DNA of 64,000 nucleotides from an uncultured Acidobacteriota bacterium (GTDB lineage Bacteria; Acidobacteriota; Thermoanaerobaculia; Gp7-AA8), in contig CAVUKB010000010.1 of assembly GCA_963741955.1 (NCBI GenBank), positions 416,001 through 480,000 on the forward strand. The letters run 5' to 3'. The translations under genes were made by a program, and so were the position numbers. The notes under the pieces are model-generated. The model had not been told where the DNA came from. It saw nothing but the letters and a program-made list of their open reading frames with translations, and did not search any database. Positions 30,309 to 41,031 of the stretch are shown here, in pieces (the stretch's first letter is position 1; every line of letters starts with the position of its first letter).

Positions 30309-30792
30309 CCTTTGATTTTCTCGGGAAAAGCACTCTATCAGAAACGGAGCCACCGGGTTCTGCAGGCTTCCGCTGCGACGGATACCGCCAGAAGCCCTGA
30401 CGCTCGTTCGCAGAGGCCGCGCTCCGGGGCGCTCCATTGGGGAATTGCATGACGGCATCGCGGGGAGGAAGGATCTTCTGTGCTTCCAACGGGTGATCCG
30501 CGGGGGTTCAGACATACGGGCGAAAATGCGAATCGCACTCGGTCTGCCGATGCGAAGAATGCTGATGCGTTCGCATCAGCCCATCGTGCTTGTGCGTCGG
30601 GTCACGCTCGGCCGGTTCGAGAACGATTGCGACTGCTCCGGGCGGAACTTACGTTGCTCTCAGCTGAACCCGCTGACGCCGGTCGGCAGGGCTCCGCGTG
30701 ACTCCCGTCCTCGAGTCCCTGATCGGTTCCCCTGAACCTCCGGCGTCCGGGCTGCCGCGTCGATTCATCGATGCGACCAGACTGGAGGATGC

Positions 30793-32550
30793 ATGAATTT
30801 CTCGATCAAGATTGATCCGGGTACCTGGGAGCAGTACATCTCCACCCCCTTCAAGGGGAAGACTCTTCTGATGAATCCATTCACGAACAAGGGGACTGCA
30901 TTCACCGCGCGCGAGCGCGACGAGCTCGATCTCCACGGCCTTCTCCCTCCGCAGATCTCGACCATCGAACAGCAGCTCGAACGGGTGTACGAGAACTTTC
31001 AAGCGAAACCGACCAACATCCTGAAGTTCACCTACATGGCCGATCTTCAGGACCGGAACGAAACGCTCTTCTACCGGCTCTGTCACGAACGGATCGACGA
31101 GATGATGCCGATCGTCTACACACCGGTGGTCGGCGAGGCGTGTCAGAAGTTCTCACACATCTACCGCCGCGCACGCGGGATGTACATCAGCTACGACCAG
31201 AGGGACCACATCGAGAAGGTTCTTCTGAATTACCACACCCAGCAACCGTCAGTAATCGTCGTGACGGATGGGGAGCGGATCCTCGGGCTCGGCGACCAGG
31301 GTGCCGGGGGAATGGGCATTCCGATCGGGAAGCTCTGCCTCTATACGCTCTGCGCCGGCGTTTCGCCATACAGCACTCTGCCGATTCTCCTCGACGTCGG
31401 CACGGACAACGAGGAGCGGCTCGCTGATCCTCTCTATCTCGGACTGCGCCAGAAACGCATCCGTGGTGAAGAGTACCAGGACTTCATCGACCGCTTCGTC
31501 GCTGCCGTGCGACGGGTGTTTCCGAACGTCCTCCTGCAGTGGGAAGACTTTCTCAAGGGAAACGCGATCAAGCAGCTGGAGCGCTTCCGCCACCAGCTCT
31601 CGACGTTCAACGACGACATCCAGGGAACCGCGGCGGTGGTGGTCTCCGGAATGTATGCGGCGATGAAGCTCACCGGAAAGAGAATGCGTGACCAGCGCCT
31701 CCTCTTCGCCGGAGCCGGCGCATCGGCACACGGAATCGCGGAGCTCTTCGTCTCGGCATTGATCGAAGACGGTCTCTCGCCGGAAGAAGCGCGGGCCCGG
31801 GTCTGGACGTGCGACACGAAGGGACTGGTCATGAACGACCGTCCCGGGCTGGAGGACTTCAAGGCGACGTACGCGCGTGATCGTGGCGAGGTCGAAGAGT
31901 GGATCTGCGCCGACCGAGCGAGGATCTCGCTCGAGGAGACGGTCGCCAATGTGAAGCCCACCATCCTGATCGGCGTCTCGGCGATGCCGGGTACCTTCAA
32001 TGAGCACATCGTTCGTCTGATGGCGGGCAGCTGTGAGCGTCCGATCATTTTCCCGCTCTCCAATCCGACCTCGAAGAGCGAGTGCACTGCAGAGGAAGCG
32101 ATCCACTGGTCGGACGGCCGGGCGATCGTGGCGACCGGTAGCCCGTTCGATCCGGTGATCTACGAAGGCAAGCGGACCCGCATCGGCCAGTGCAACAACG
32201 CGTTCATCTTCCCCGGTGTGGGTCTGGGGGTGTGTGTCAGCCGGGCCACGCACGTGAGCGACGGGATGTTCCTCGCCGCGGCGAAGGCGCTCGCGGAACA
32301 CGTGACCTCGTCCGATCTCGCCGAGTCGGCGGTCTATCCGAAGCTCTCCACGATTCGCGACTGCTCGTTCTCCGTCGCGACCGCAGTGGTCCGCCGCGCG
32401 GTCGCCGACGGGTTCGCCGAACCCGGCATCCTGATGAACCTCGACAAGATGGTGCGGAACGCGATGTGGTTCCCGGAGTATCTCCCCATCCGTTACGAGC
32501 GCCGTTCGGAGTCTTCCCGCGAGTACCTCGAAGTCGTCATGGGCGAATAG
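30793..32550 (+). CDS. maeA: NAD-dependent malic enzyme
   Basis: Motifs NKGTAFT, PIVYTP, VTDGERILGLGD, FNDDIQGT, GAGA and LSNPT. Confidence 0.93.
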   Translation: MNFSIKIDPGTWEQYISTPFKGKTLLMNPFTNKGTAFTARERDELDLHGLLPPQISTIEQQLERVYENFQAKPTNILKFTYMADLQDRNETLFYRLCHERIDEMMPIVYTPVVGEACQKFSHIYRRARGMYISYDQRDHIEKVLLNYHTQQPSVIVVTDGERILGLGDQGAGGMGIPIGKLCLYTLCAGVSPYSTLPILLDVGTDNEERLADPLYLGLRQKRIRGEEYQDFIDRFVAAVRRVFPNVLLQWEDFLKGNAIKQLERFRHQLSTFNDDIQGTAAVVVSGMYAAMKLTGKRMRDQRLLFAGAGASAHGIAELFVSALIEDGLSPEEARARVWTCDTKGLVMNDRPGLEDFKATYARDRGEVEEWICADRARISLEETVANVKPTILIGVSAMPGTFNEHIVRLMAGSCERPIIFPLSNPTSKSECTAEEAIHWSDGRAIVATGSPFDPVIYEGKRTRIGQCNNAFIFPGVGLGVCVSRATHVSDGMFLAAAKALAEHVTSSDLAESAVYPKLSTIRDCSFSVATAVVRRAVADGFAEPGILMNLDKMVRNAMWFPEYLPIRYERRSESSREYLEVVMGE

Positions 32551-32556
32551 ACCGGC

Positions 32557-32588
32557 CGGGAGAGGAGCGCAATGGCGCTCCTCTCCCG
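32557..32588. terminator. Stem-loop after maeA
   Basis: CGGGAGAGGAGCGC / GCGCTCCTCTCCCG inverted repeat. Confidence 0.5.
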
Positions 32589-32794
32589 CCGCCGAAGAAG
32601 AGGTCTGAAGGCGAATCGGGCAGTCATCGAGGTGATCCGGGCGATCCGCTTTCTCGCTACGGACGTTTCTACCGCGCGGGCTAGCGCGACGCGACGGACG
32701 TGAACCGGCGACGAAATTCTTCGGGCTCGCCTCCCGGTAACCGGGAGAGGAACGCCGCCGAGCGAGCAAGTGTGCCGGCCGTGCAGACGCGATG

Positions 32795-33298
<504 letters not shown>

Positions 33299-33417
33299 GA
33301 TGTCCTCCATCAGATTGAATTCGACGCCGGATCGCAGCGTCGCGTATGAAGGTACGCCCGCCCGCAAGGCGGTTCATGAGGGAACTCTGATGATTCGGTG
33401 ATGGCGGAGCCTGGATT

Positions 33418-36400
33418 TCAGTGGACGGTGGTGGAGGAGCCGTCGGAATCGGACTCTTGCTCCAGGTCGGAGGAACAGGCGGTCGCAGAATCCCGTGCGC
33501 GATCGAGCGCCAGGTCGAGGAGTACGGCGACGGAACGTCTCCCCGCACATTCTGCAACGAGACCCGCCGCCGCATCCCTCAGCTCCGTCGTCGCGCGGCT
33601 GGCTTCTCCGGCGGCGAGAAGGCACTCGCCGAGCACAGCGGCGGCGCGCCAGCGTTCACCCAGTCGGGACGTGCGGAGGAGAGCGGCCGCCTCACGAGCT
33701 CGATCGAGAGCCGCGCTGAGCTCGCCCTGCATCAGCTCCGAGCGCGCCATCTCGCACCATGCGAGAGCGATCCCGTCGCGATTGTTCAGTTCGGAGGCGA
33801 TCCCCGCAGCCTCTCCGGCGACGCGGAATGCTTTCGCGCAGTCTTTGATCCGGATCTCCATGCGAGCCAGATCCGTGAGGATGCGGAATTCGTCGTCGCG
33901 GTCGCCGATCTGGCGGACCATCGTCAATGCATTGAGGAGCAGAGGTTCGGCCCCGGCGCAATCGCCTCGCTCGACCAGGCACCGCCCGAGCAGCCAGAGA
34001 GTCTCCGCCTCACAGTGGGTGTCTCCGATCTCGCCCAGGTTCTCGAGCGTCTGGCGAAGGTACTCTTCGGCCTCGTCGTATCGTCCCTGACCGATGCGGG
34101 CCTGACCGAGGCCCATGTTCGATTTTGCTTCGCCGGCGACGTCGCCGATTCGACGGAATTCGTTCCGTGCGCGGAGAGCCAGGTCGATCGCTTCTTCGTA
34201 CTTCCCTCGTGAGAGCTCGATCCAGTGGAGGCGCCGGAGCAGAAGCGCTCTGCGGCGGACGTTCACCGCAGGCTCTGTGCTCTCGAGAGCCCGGCTCAGG
34301 AGCTCCGAGCCTCGTTCGTAGTCGCCCTGCAGTGCCGTGGCCCAGCCGAGAATGCCGAACGCCAGAGAGGCGAGTTGACTGCGGGGGTCCAGCCGCTCGA
34401 GTGCGGAGGTGAGAAGCTCGTGGGCGTCGTCGTAACGTCCGCGGGCGGCCTCGACTCCTCCGAGCTCGATCAGTGCGCGATGCTCGCCTGCAGAGCTTCC
34501 GACGTTCCGGAATGCCTCGATCGATTCCTGAAGGACGGTCGCGGCTTCGCGGTAACGGCTCAACGCCGTCTGTGCACGTCCACGCAGAAGGAGGAGATCT
34601 CCACGCGTGGCCCGCGGCACGTCCGACGATGCGAGCGCGCGCTCGACCACTTCGTCCGCCTCCTTCAGCCGGCCGAGCGAAAGGAGAGTTTCTCCCAATG
34701 CCAGCGCAAGCGCACTATCCTCCTCGGCTGAAAGCCGCCGGTTCGAGCTCCCGGCGAGCCGCTCCGCGGCACGACGCGCGCGCTCGACGGCAGTCAGCGC
34801 CTGGCGCCACTCCCAACGCCCGCTCGCCGCCTGCCACGCTCGCATCGACGTGGTGAACGTCAGTCGAGTCTCTCCGGCCGCTTCGTAGTGAACGCTCAGT
34901 GCGTCGGCGACCCGATCGAGCTCACCTGCATACACTTCTTCCAGTGCCCGTGCGGCCTTTGCGTGGAGAGAACGACGCTGCCAGTCCGAGAGCCGATCGT
35001 AGACGGTACGGCGGATCAGCGTGTGATAGAAGCGTCCGTCCTCGCCGGGCGTGAGAGCGCGGCGCGTGAGCACGCCCTCCGCCACGCCCCGCTCGATCAG
35101 AACCTCGGCTTCGCGTTCCTCGACCTTCGCGATTCGGGAGAGAGTCGGAATTCTGAATTCGTCACCGATGACCGCTGCGGCGTCGATCAGCGATCGAACG
35201 TGCGGGTCGAGTCGTTCCAGGCGTGCTTCAGCGAGCAGCACCAGGCTGTCCGGTAGCCTGACTCGATCTCTGCCGGTCCAGCGCCAGCGGTGGTTCTCCC
35301 GATCGGCCACGAGCACGCCGTCCGAGATGAGCAACCGGAGCGTCTCCATCAGGAAGTACGGATTCCCCCGACAGAGGTCGTAGATCGAATCGAGCTGGGG
35401 TTCGGGAATTACCGGTGCTGTCGCGGCTCCGAACACCGCGTCGACGGCGTCTCGGCAACGCTCTCTCGTCAACGGCTCGAGACGAAGTGTCGTGAAGCTC
35501 CGGTATCCGGCTTCTTTCCGCATCCAGCGTGCGATGGGGCGGGTGGTGGATGCGAGGTCTTCGCTGCGCAGGATTCCGACCAGCAGAAGTGGATCGCCTT
35601 CCGGAGCGCGGAGCAGCCACGAAACGAGGTCGAGATCCGCCTCGGTCGCCCACTGCAGATCGTCGGCGATCAGCACGAGCGGCCGTTCGCGCGACAGCTC
35701 CTGAATGCAGCGGCCGATCGTCACGATCATTCCATACGAATCACCCAGCGATGCAGCCGACTGCGGGTCCACTGACGGCCCGCCGCTGGAGCGGTTCGAC
35801 AGGTCTACGCCCCAGCGGCGATGGATCCGGTCGAGCGCATCCGTCGCCGGGTTCGCAGGACTCCCTTCGCCTGCGGTTCGAGCGAGAAGGTCGATGAACG
35901 ATTCGTACGGTGCGAGCTGACTTCCTCCGTAATCGAAGAAGCGAACGTAAAGCGTGCGGACTCCAGTGGACGAGATTTCGCGCTCGAACCGTCGCGCGAG
36001 CTGCGTCTTTCCGATTCCCGCGTCACCCAGGATCATCACCGGGCGCGGTTGACCGGTGATCGCGTTGCGAAGTTCGCTGGAGAGGATCGCGAGCTCCAGC
36101 TCGCGTCCGGTGAGCTGGTCGAAATCGGGATCCGGCATCCCGGAACGCTCAGGCTCGGCGGCGACGGTGCGATCCACCGATGCGACGAAACGATAGCCGC
36201 GCCCGTGGTACGTGGCGATGAATCGCGCCGAACTGGGAGTGTCCCCGAGAGCGCGCCGGGCTTGAGAGATCGCTCGTTTGAGGACTCCGTCGGTGGTGAA
36301 TACGTCCGGCCAGAGCGCGTCGAGCAGCTCTTCTTTGGGAACCACACGGTCACTGTGATGCGCCAGATAGCGGATCACCTTCACCGCTTGCGGTTCGAGA

Positions 36401-36492
36401 GCCACCACTTCGTCATCTCGATACAGGAGATCGACCTCTGCAGGAATGGAGTGAGAGGCGAAGCGAAGCGTTTCCCGGCGCGAGTCGGACAT
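33418..36492 (-). CDS. STAND-type regulator: winged-HTH (OmpR/CadC) + AAA ATPase + TPR repeats
   Basis: Motifs KEELLDALWP...RRALGD...GRGYRF, GDAGIGKT, DDLQWA and GNPYFL; TPR-like C-terminal half. Confidence 0.88.
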   Translation of the reverse strand: MSDSRRETLRFASHSIPAEVDLLYRDDEVVALEPQAVKVIRYLAHHSDRVVPKEELLDALWPDVFTTDGVLKRAISQARRALGDTPSSARFIATYHGRGYRFVASVDRTVAAEPERSGMPDPDFDQLTGRELELAILSSELRNAITGQPRPVMILGDAGIGKTQLARRFEREISSTGVRTLYVRFFDYGGSQLAPYESFIDLLARTAGEGSPANPATDALDRIHRRWGVDLSNRSSGGPSVDPQSAASLGDSYGMIVTIGRCIQELSRERPLVLIADDLQWATEADLDLVSWLLRAPEGDPLLLVGILRSEDLASTTRPIARWMRKEAGYRSFTTLRLEPLTRERCRDAVDAVFGAATAPVIPEPQLDSIYDLCRGNPYFLMETLRLLISDGVLVADRENHRWRWTGRDRVRLPDSLVLLAEARLERLDPHVRSLIDAAAVIGDEFRIPTLSRIAKVEEREAEVLIERGVAEGVLTRRALTPGEDGRFYHTLIRRTVYDRLSDWQRRSLHAKAARALEEVYAGELDRVADALSVHYEAAGETRLTFTTSMRAWQAASGRWEWRQALTAVERARRAAERLAGSSNRRLSAEEDSALALALGETLLSLGRLKEADEVVERALASSDVPRATRGDLLLLRGRAQTALSRYREAATVLQESIEAFRNVGSSAGEHRALIELGGVEAARGRYDDAHELLTSALERLDPRSQLASLAFGILGWATALQGDYERGSELLSRALESTEPAVNVRRRALLLRRLHWIELSRGKYEEAIDLALRARNEFRRIGDVAGEAKSNMGLGQARIGQGRYDEAEEYLRQTLENLGEIGDTHCEAETLWLLGRCLVERGDCAGAEPLLLNALTMVRQIGDRDDEFRILTDLARMEIRIKDCAKAFRVAGEAAGIASELNNRDGIALAWCEMARSELMQGELSAALDRAREAAALLRTSRLGERWRAAAVLGECLLAAGEASRATTELRDAAAGLVAECAGRRSVAVLLDLALDRARDSATACSSDLEQESDSDGSSTTVH

Positions 36493-36723
36493 CCGTCTCC
36501 TCGAAGTCGATTCGAGAGGTGAACTGCGAATTCAGGGATGTGTTCATTATATGAGAAGACGGCAATCCACGCAGAATGGCGGGCTCAGCGAGAACCGTCG
36601 CCGCGTTCGAAGGCCATCCGGTCAGTCCGATCCCCTCACGGCATCATCACCGAAACATCACGACACCAGATGCCGCTGGAGCGATCCTGCAGTGCAGATC
36701 GAGCTCACAGGAGGAGGTCGCCC

Positions 36724-37278
36724 ATGTCCCGGCAAATCGGAAGATCCATCACTCTCGCGCTGATCGTCGGAATGTTCACCGTGCCGCTTCTCCCGCAGGT
36801 GCGCGAGGACGGGGCGCCGGTCCGGGTCACCAACGGTTCGGACAATCCGGTCGCGGTGACGGTGGTCGGAGATCCTGATGCGAGGTTCTGCCCGCGGACG
36901 TGCGGGACGTTTCAGGTCGTCAAACACCTCCAGTTCATCAACGGAGTCTCTCAGGTCTACATCGAAATTCCGCGCGGCACGCGTCTGGTGGTCCACCAGT
37001 TGTCGGTTCGGGTCGGTGGACCGAAGGGAGCTCGTGTCGACGTCGGCGTTCAGCTCCATTTCGGTGGAGAGAACCAACTGGTGCCGCTGGAGCTGACGAA
37101 ATTCAGCGCGCCGGACGAGGACGTGTGGGCGTGCAGCCGGGAGATCCGAATGTTTCACGAGAATCGGGCCACGCCGGAAAGCTCGCCCGATTACCTCATC
37201 GTCTTCGCATACATCTCGAACAATGCCGGGAGTCCCTACCTTCACGCATTCGTCTCCGGCAATCTCGAACCGATCTGA
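36724..37278 (+). CDS. Secreted hypothetical protein
   Basis: GGAGGAGG RBS, signal-peptide-like N-terminus, PVRVTN..NPVAVTV motif. Confidence 0.65.
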   Translation: MSRQIGRSITLALIVGMFTVPLLPQVREDGAPVRVTNGSDNPVAVTVVGDPDARFCPRTCGTFQVVKHLQFINGVSQVYIEIPRGTRLVVHQLSVRVGGPKGARVDVGVQLHFGGENQLVPLELTKFSAPDEDVWACSREIRMFHENRATPESSPDYLIVFAYISNNAGSPYLHAFVSGNLEPI

Positions 37279-37314
37279 GGTGAAGAGCAAAGGAGCGCGA
37301 GTAACACCACGAAG

Positions 37315-37473
37315 ATGTGGACGGCCGAGCATCGATTCGCAGCGTGCATGCAGAACAAGGGGGGATACCTCTATACCTTGAACACCAAAGGCTTCTCGCC
37401 CGGCAATTACAGTCTCGTATTCAGCGTGAACGGAGATCCGGTGAATCACGTCGCTCCGTTCAGGGTGAAGTGA
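37315..37473 (+). pseudogene. Fragment resembling the C-terminus of PxKF-domain extracellular proteins
   Basis: Translation GGYLYTLNTKGFSPGNYSLVFSVNGDPVNHVAPFRVK*. Family assignment is from memory of the motif. Confidence 0.4.
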
Positions 37474-37503
37474 AAATCAGGCAGTTCCATCGGAGGTCGT
37501 GAC

Positions 37504-37989
37504 ATGCCGACGTTTCAGATCCGCGACGACAAACGTTTGCTCGAGATCGGTCGCGACGAGCAGCCCGTTGCCACGCTCCGGAGGAGTTGGTTCATGCCGA
37601 AGATGACCGGGGAGATCGAGCAGGCCCGAGTCCAGATCGCGTGGCCAGCCCCCTGGAACGGCCTCCGATGGCACCTGACTCTGAACGGGCTCGATCTGGC
37701 CACCGCGACGAATCCTCGTGAAGGAATCACGAGGAACCTCGCGACGTTCGAGGTCGACTTTCAGGGACGACAACTCCGGCTGGAGACTGAGGATCACGCC
37801 GGCTTCGCGTACGCGCTCCAGGAGCTGGGTCGTACGTGTGGTGGCGTCACCCTCCGTCCGTTCGATCCGAACGCGCGCTGGTGGAGTGATTTCGAAGTCC
37901 CCGAAGGGCTTCCGCTCGCGGTGGTCTCCTTCCTCGCCTGTCTGATCCGCGAAGGCGGAATTCGACAGCGCGAGCGGTACAAAGTCTGA
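37504..37989 (+). CDS. Hypothetical protein
   Basis: GGAGG RBS; 161-aa ORF with plausible composition. Confidence 0.6.
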   Translation: MPTFQIRDDKRLLEIGRDEQPVATLRRSWFMPKMTGEIEQARVQIAWPAPWNGLRWHLTLNGLDLATATNPREGITRNLATFEVDFQGRQLRLETEDHAGFAYALQELGRTCGGVTLRPFDPNARWWSDFEVPEGLPLAVVSFLACLIREGGIRQRERYKV

Positions 37990-38049
37990 AGTCGATCCGA
38001 TTGTCCGATTTCGGAAGTTCGCTTCTCAGGCGGTGAAGTCGATGGCGCG

Positions 38050-38466
38050 TTACGAGTCCACCGGGACCAGCATGTTCGCATCGCGCGCCAGGACCCAGCG
38101 ACCGTTCTCCTTCTTCAGAACGGTGAGGGTGTGCCCGGCACGCCTCGCCGGTTTCCCTCCATGCGGGGTGACGGCGACGGCGAGCTTGGTCCACATGAAC
38201 GCCCACTCCCCGAAGATGCGGATTTCCTGAATCTCGCTTCTCCCGTCGATGAGCGGCGGATCCGTCGCCGACTGCGCGCGCGCGGCCACTTCGAAGTCGA
38301 CTTTACGCATCACCGGCTGACCCGGAAGCAGGAACACCGCATCTTCGGCGATGAGCGACAGCACGGTGTCGACGTCGCCGGCCTTCGTCGCTTCCATCCA
38401 GCTGGAGATCAACTCCCGGATCTCCCGTTCGTCCGTATTCATCGGCACACTTTTCTCCTCCGACAA
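38050..38466 (-). CDS. NTF2/SnoaL-like protein (SgcJ/EcaC, DUF4440)
   Basis: Motifs DEREIRELISSWMEATKAGD and GRWVLARDAN. Confidence 0.85.
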   Translation of the reverse strand: MSEEKSVPMNTDEREIRELISSWMEATKAGDVDTVLSLIAEDAVFLLPGQPVMRKVDFEVAARAQSATDPPLIDGRSEIQEIRIFGEWAFMWTKLAVAVTPHGGKPARRAGHTLTVLKKENGRWVLARDANMLVPVDS

Positions 38467-38605
38467 ATCAGATGCAAGGCGGAGACCCTGGCTGGGGCCG
38501 GACCGTCAGGATCGCGGTGCAGTGACGATCAGCCCGTCATGCCAGCCCATTCCCCCCATCGCCGGTGTACGATCGTTGCACGAGCGAATCCTGACCGGAG
38601 GACCC

Positions 38606-39607
38606 ATGCAATACGTTCGACTCGGCAACACCGGACTCACCGTCTCCCGCATCTGCCTCGGCTGCATGAGTTACGGTGACCCCACCGCCGCGCTTCCCGG
38701 CGAGGAGCCGCGATTCAACTGGGCACTGAGCGAAGAGGCCGCGCGTCCCTTCTTCAAACGCGCGCTCGAGCTCGGAATCAACTTCTTCGACACTGCGAAC
38801 GTCTACTCACTCGGGGCGAGCGAAGAGATCACCGGCCGCGCACTGCACGACTTCGCGCGTCGGGAGGACGTCGTTCTCGCGACGAAAGTATGGGGGGCGA
38901 TGCGTCCCGGACCGAACGGGCACGGCCTCTCGCGAAAAGCGATCCTTCACGAGATCGACGCGAGCCTCCGGCGGCTCGGTACGGATTACGTCGATCTCTA
39001 TCAGATCCACCGGTGGGATCCCGAAACGCCGATCGAGGAGACGATGGAGGCGCTGCACGACGTGGTCCGCGCCGGAAAGGCGCGCTACATAGGCGCGTCA
39101 TCGATGCACGCGTGGCAGTTCGCGAAGGCGAACCACGTCGCCGAAGTGCACGGGTGGACGCGCTTCGTCTCCATGCAGAACCACTACAACCTCCTCTACC
39201 GCGAAGAGGAACGGGAGATGGTGCCGCTCTGTGTCGATCAGGGTGTCGGGATGATTCCGTGGAGCCCGCTCGCGCGGGGACATCTCGCACGAGCGCCCGA
39301 GTCGGGAGCGACGAAGCGCTCGAGCGTGGACCGCTTCGCCCGCAGCCTCTATGGCTCGATGCCGGAAGCGGACGATCGCGTGATCACCGCACTCGATGCC
39401 CTCTCGACGTCACGCGGCGCGCCGCATGCGGAGCTCGCGCTGGCGTGGCTGCTACAGAAGCCGGGCGTCACGGCACCGATTGTCGGCGCGACGAAGATGG
39501 AGCATCTCGAATCCGCGGTGCGTTCGGTCGACGTCACTCTGACGGACGAGGAGATTGCGGCGCTCGAGTCCCCTTACGTGCCTCACCCGATCGCGGGATT
39601 CAGCTGA
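38606..39607 (+). CDS. Aldo/keto reductase
   Basis: Motifs MQYVRLGNTGL, FFDTANVYS, YVDLYQIHRWD and WSPLARG. Confidence 0.93.
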   Translation: MQYVRLGNTGLTVSRICLGCMSYGDPTAALPGEEPRFNWALSEEAARPFFKRALELGINFFDTANVYSLGASEEITGRALHDFARREDVVLATKVWGAMRPGPNGHGLSRKAILHEIDASLRRLGTDYVDLYQIHRWDPETPIEETMEALHDVVRAGKARYIGASSMHAWQFAKANHVAEVHGWTRFVSMQNHYNLLYREEEREMVPLCVDQGVGMIPWSPLARGHLARAPESGATKRSSVDRFARSLYGSMPEADDRVITALDALSTSRGAPHAELALAWLLQKPGVTAPIVGATKMEHLESAVRSVDVTLTDEEIAALESPYVPHPIAGFS

Positions 39608-39654
39608 GATGGTGTGGCCGGCGCGTCGAGTGGTCTGAAGAGCGGGTCGTTCGA

Positions 39655-40506
39655 TCAGTCGCCCAGGGATGCGGCCTCGAACGTCTCGCACTGACCGATG
39701 TCTCCCGTCTCGAATCCGCGACGGAACCAGAACGTCCGCTGGGTGGATGATCCATGCGTGAAGGAGTCAGGGGTGACTTCACGACCGGTTCCGCGCTCGA
39801 GGCGGTCGTCGCCGATTGCGCTCGCTGCATTCAGCGCCTCTTCGAGATCGCCCTGCTCGAGGACATTGCGCTCGGACGCGCTGTGGCCCCATACACCTGC
39901 GTAGCAGTCCGCCTGCAGCTCGAGCCGAACCGACAGCGCGTTCGCCTCCCTCTGGTTCGACCGCGCCTCGGCCTGGTGGACGTCTTGCGCTCGTCCGAGA
40001 AGACTTTGTACGTGGTGCCCGACCTCGTGCGCGATCACGTACGCCTGGGCGAAGTCACCGGGAGCTCCGAACCGGTCCTTCAACTCGCGATAGAACTCGA
40101 GATCGATGTAGACCGCCTGGTCCGACGGACAGTAAAAGGGACCGGTCGCCGATTCCGCCAGACCGCAAGCCGATCGCGTCGCTCCGGAAAAGAGGACGAG
40201 CTTCGGGGGATCGTACGTCCGGCCGAGTTGGTCGCTGAAAATCTGCGACCAGGTGTCTTCCGTATCGGCGAGGACCACGGAGACGAAGTCGGCCATCGGA
40301 TCCGCGGGACGGGACTCCGTCGAGGTCTGTTGCGGCGACGCCTGGTTTTCCGGGGCCGATTGCATGAGTGCCCGGGGATCGACGCCGAAAATGAGAGCGA
40401 CGATCAGAAGAACGAGGCCGCCGATCCCGCCTCCGGCCAGAAGCGGAATCCTCGAGCCCCGCCGGTCCTCCACGTTCGTGCTGCGTCTCCCCATCTGCCA
40501 TCGCAT
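39655..40506 (-). CDS. Neutral zinc metallopeptidase (YpfJ family)
   Basis: Motifs NVEDRRG, GPFYCP, AHEVGHHVQ, ELQADC and FTHGSS. Confidence 0.92.
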   Translation of the reverse strand: MRWQMGRRSTNVEDRRGSRIPLLAGGGIGGLVLLIVALIFGVDPRALMQSAPENQASPQQTSTESRPADPMADFVSVVLADTEDTWSQIFSDQLGRTYDPPKLVLFSGATRSACGLAESATGPFYCPSDQAVYIDLEFYRELKDRFGAPGDFAQAYVIAHEVGHHVQSLLGRAQDVHQAEARSNQREANALSVRLELQADCYAGVWGHSASERNVLEQGDLEEALNAASAIGDDRLERGTGREVTPDSFTHGSSTQRTFWFRRGFETGDIGQCETFEAASLGD

Positions 40507-41031
40507 GAGCCGGCACCCTGCAAGTGTGATGCTCAGAGCGTTCGGGGTGGAATCGCCCCCGGCTTCGCGTTCATCTTCCTTGGAGAATCTGCGATCAGAG
40601 CCGGTGGAAGACCACGGGTACGAGTGATGTGGGGAGTCGATCGTTGCACGCGTTGTACTTGCCTGCCGAACACACAGCAGAGGTGACGCGACGAACCCCG
40701 AGCGGACACGCCCCACTCCGACTCGGATGGAGGCCGGAATTGGCCGGGTTGCCGATCCGGACGAAAAACGTCGCGTTCCTGTTCTCGTCGAACGAATCGC
40801 GACTGAAGTTCTACGATTTCACGCGAACGCGATCAGGTCGTCGCGCTGCGGGTCTGCGCGGCAACTTGCGCACAAGAATATCGTCGTGCCGCGTGAGGTG
40901 TGAACGCGGCTTCAATCCGTCCATTGTGATCGATTTCATTGCATGCCGCATGTCACGAATCGTCCACAATGAAGACTGGCGGGTTGTCGCTGCGAGTCAT
41001 GTGCTCGAAAATGAGAGAAAAGGAGGTTCTC

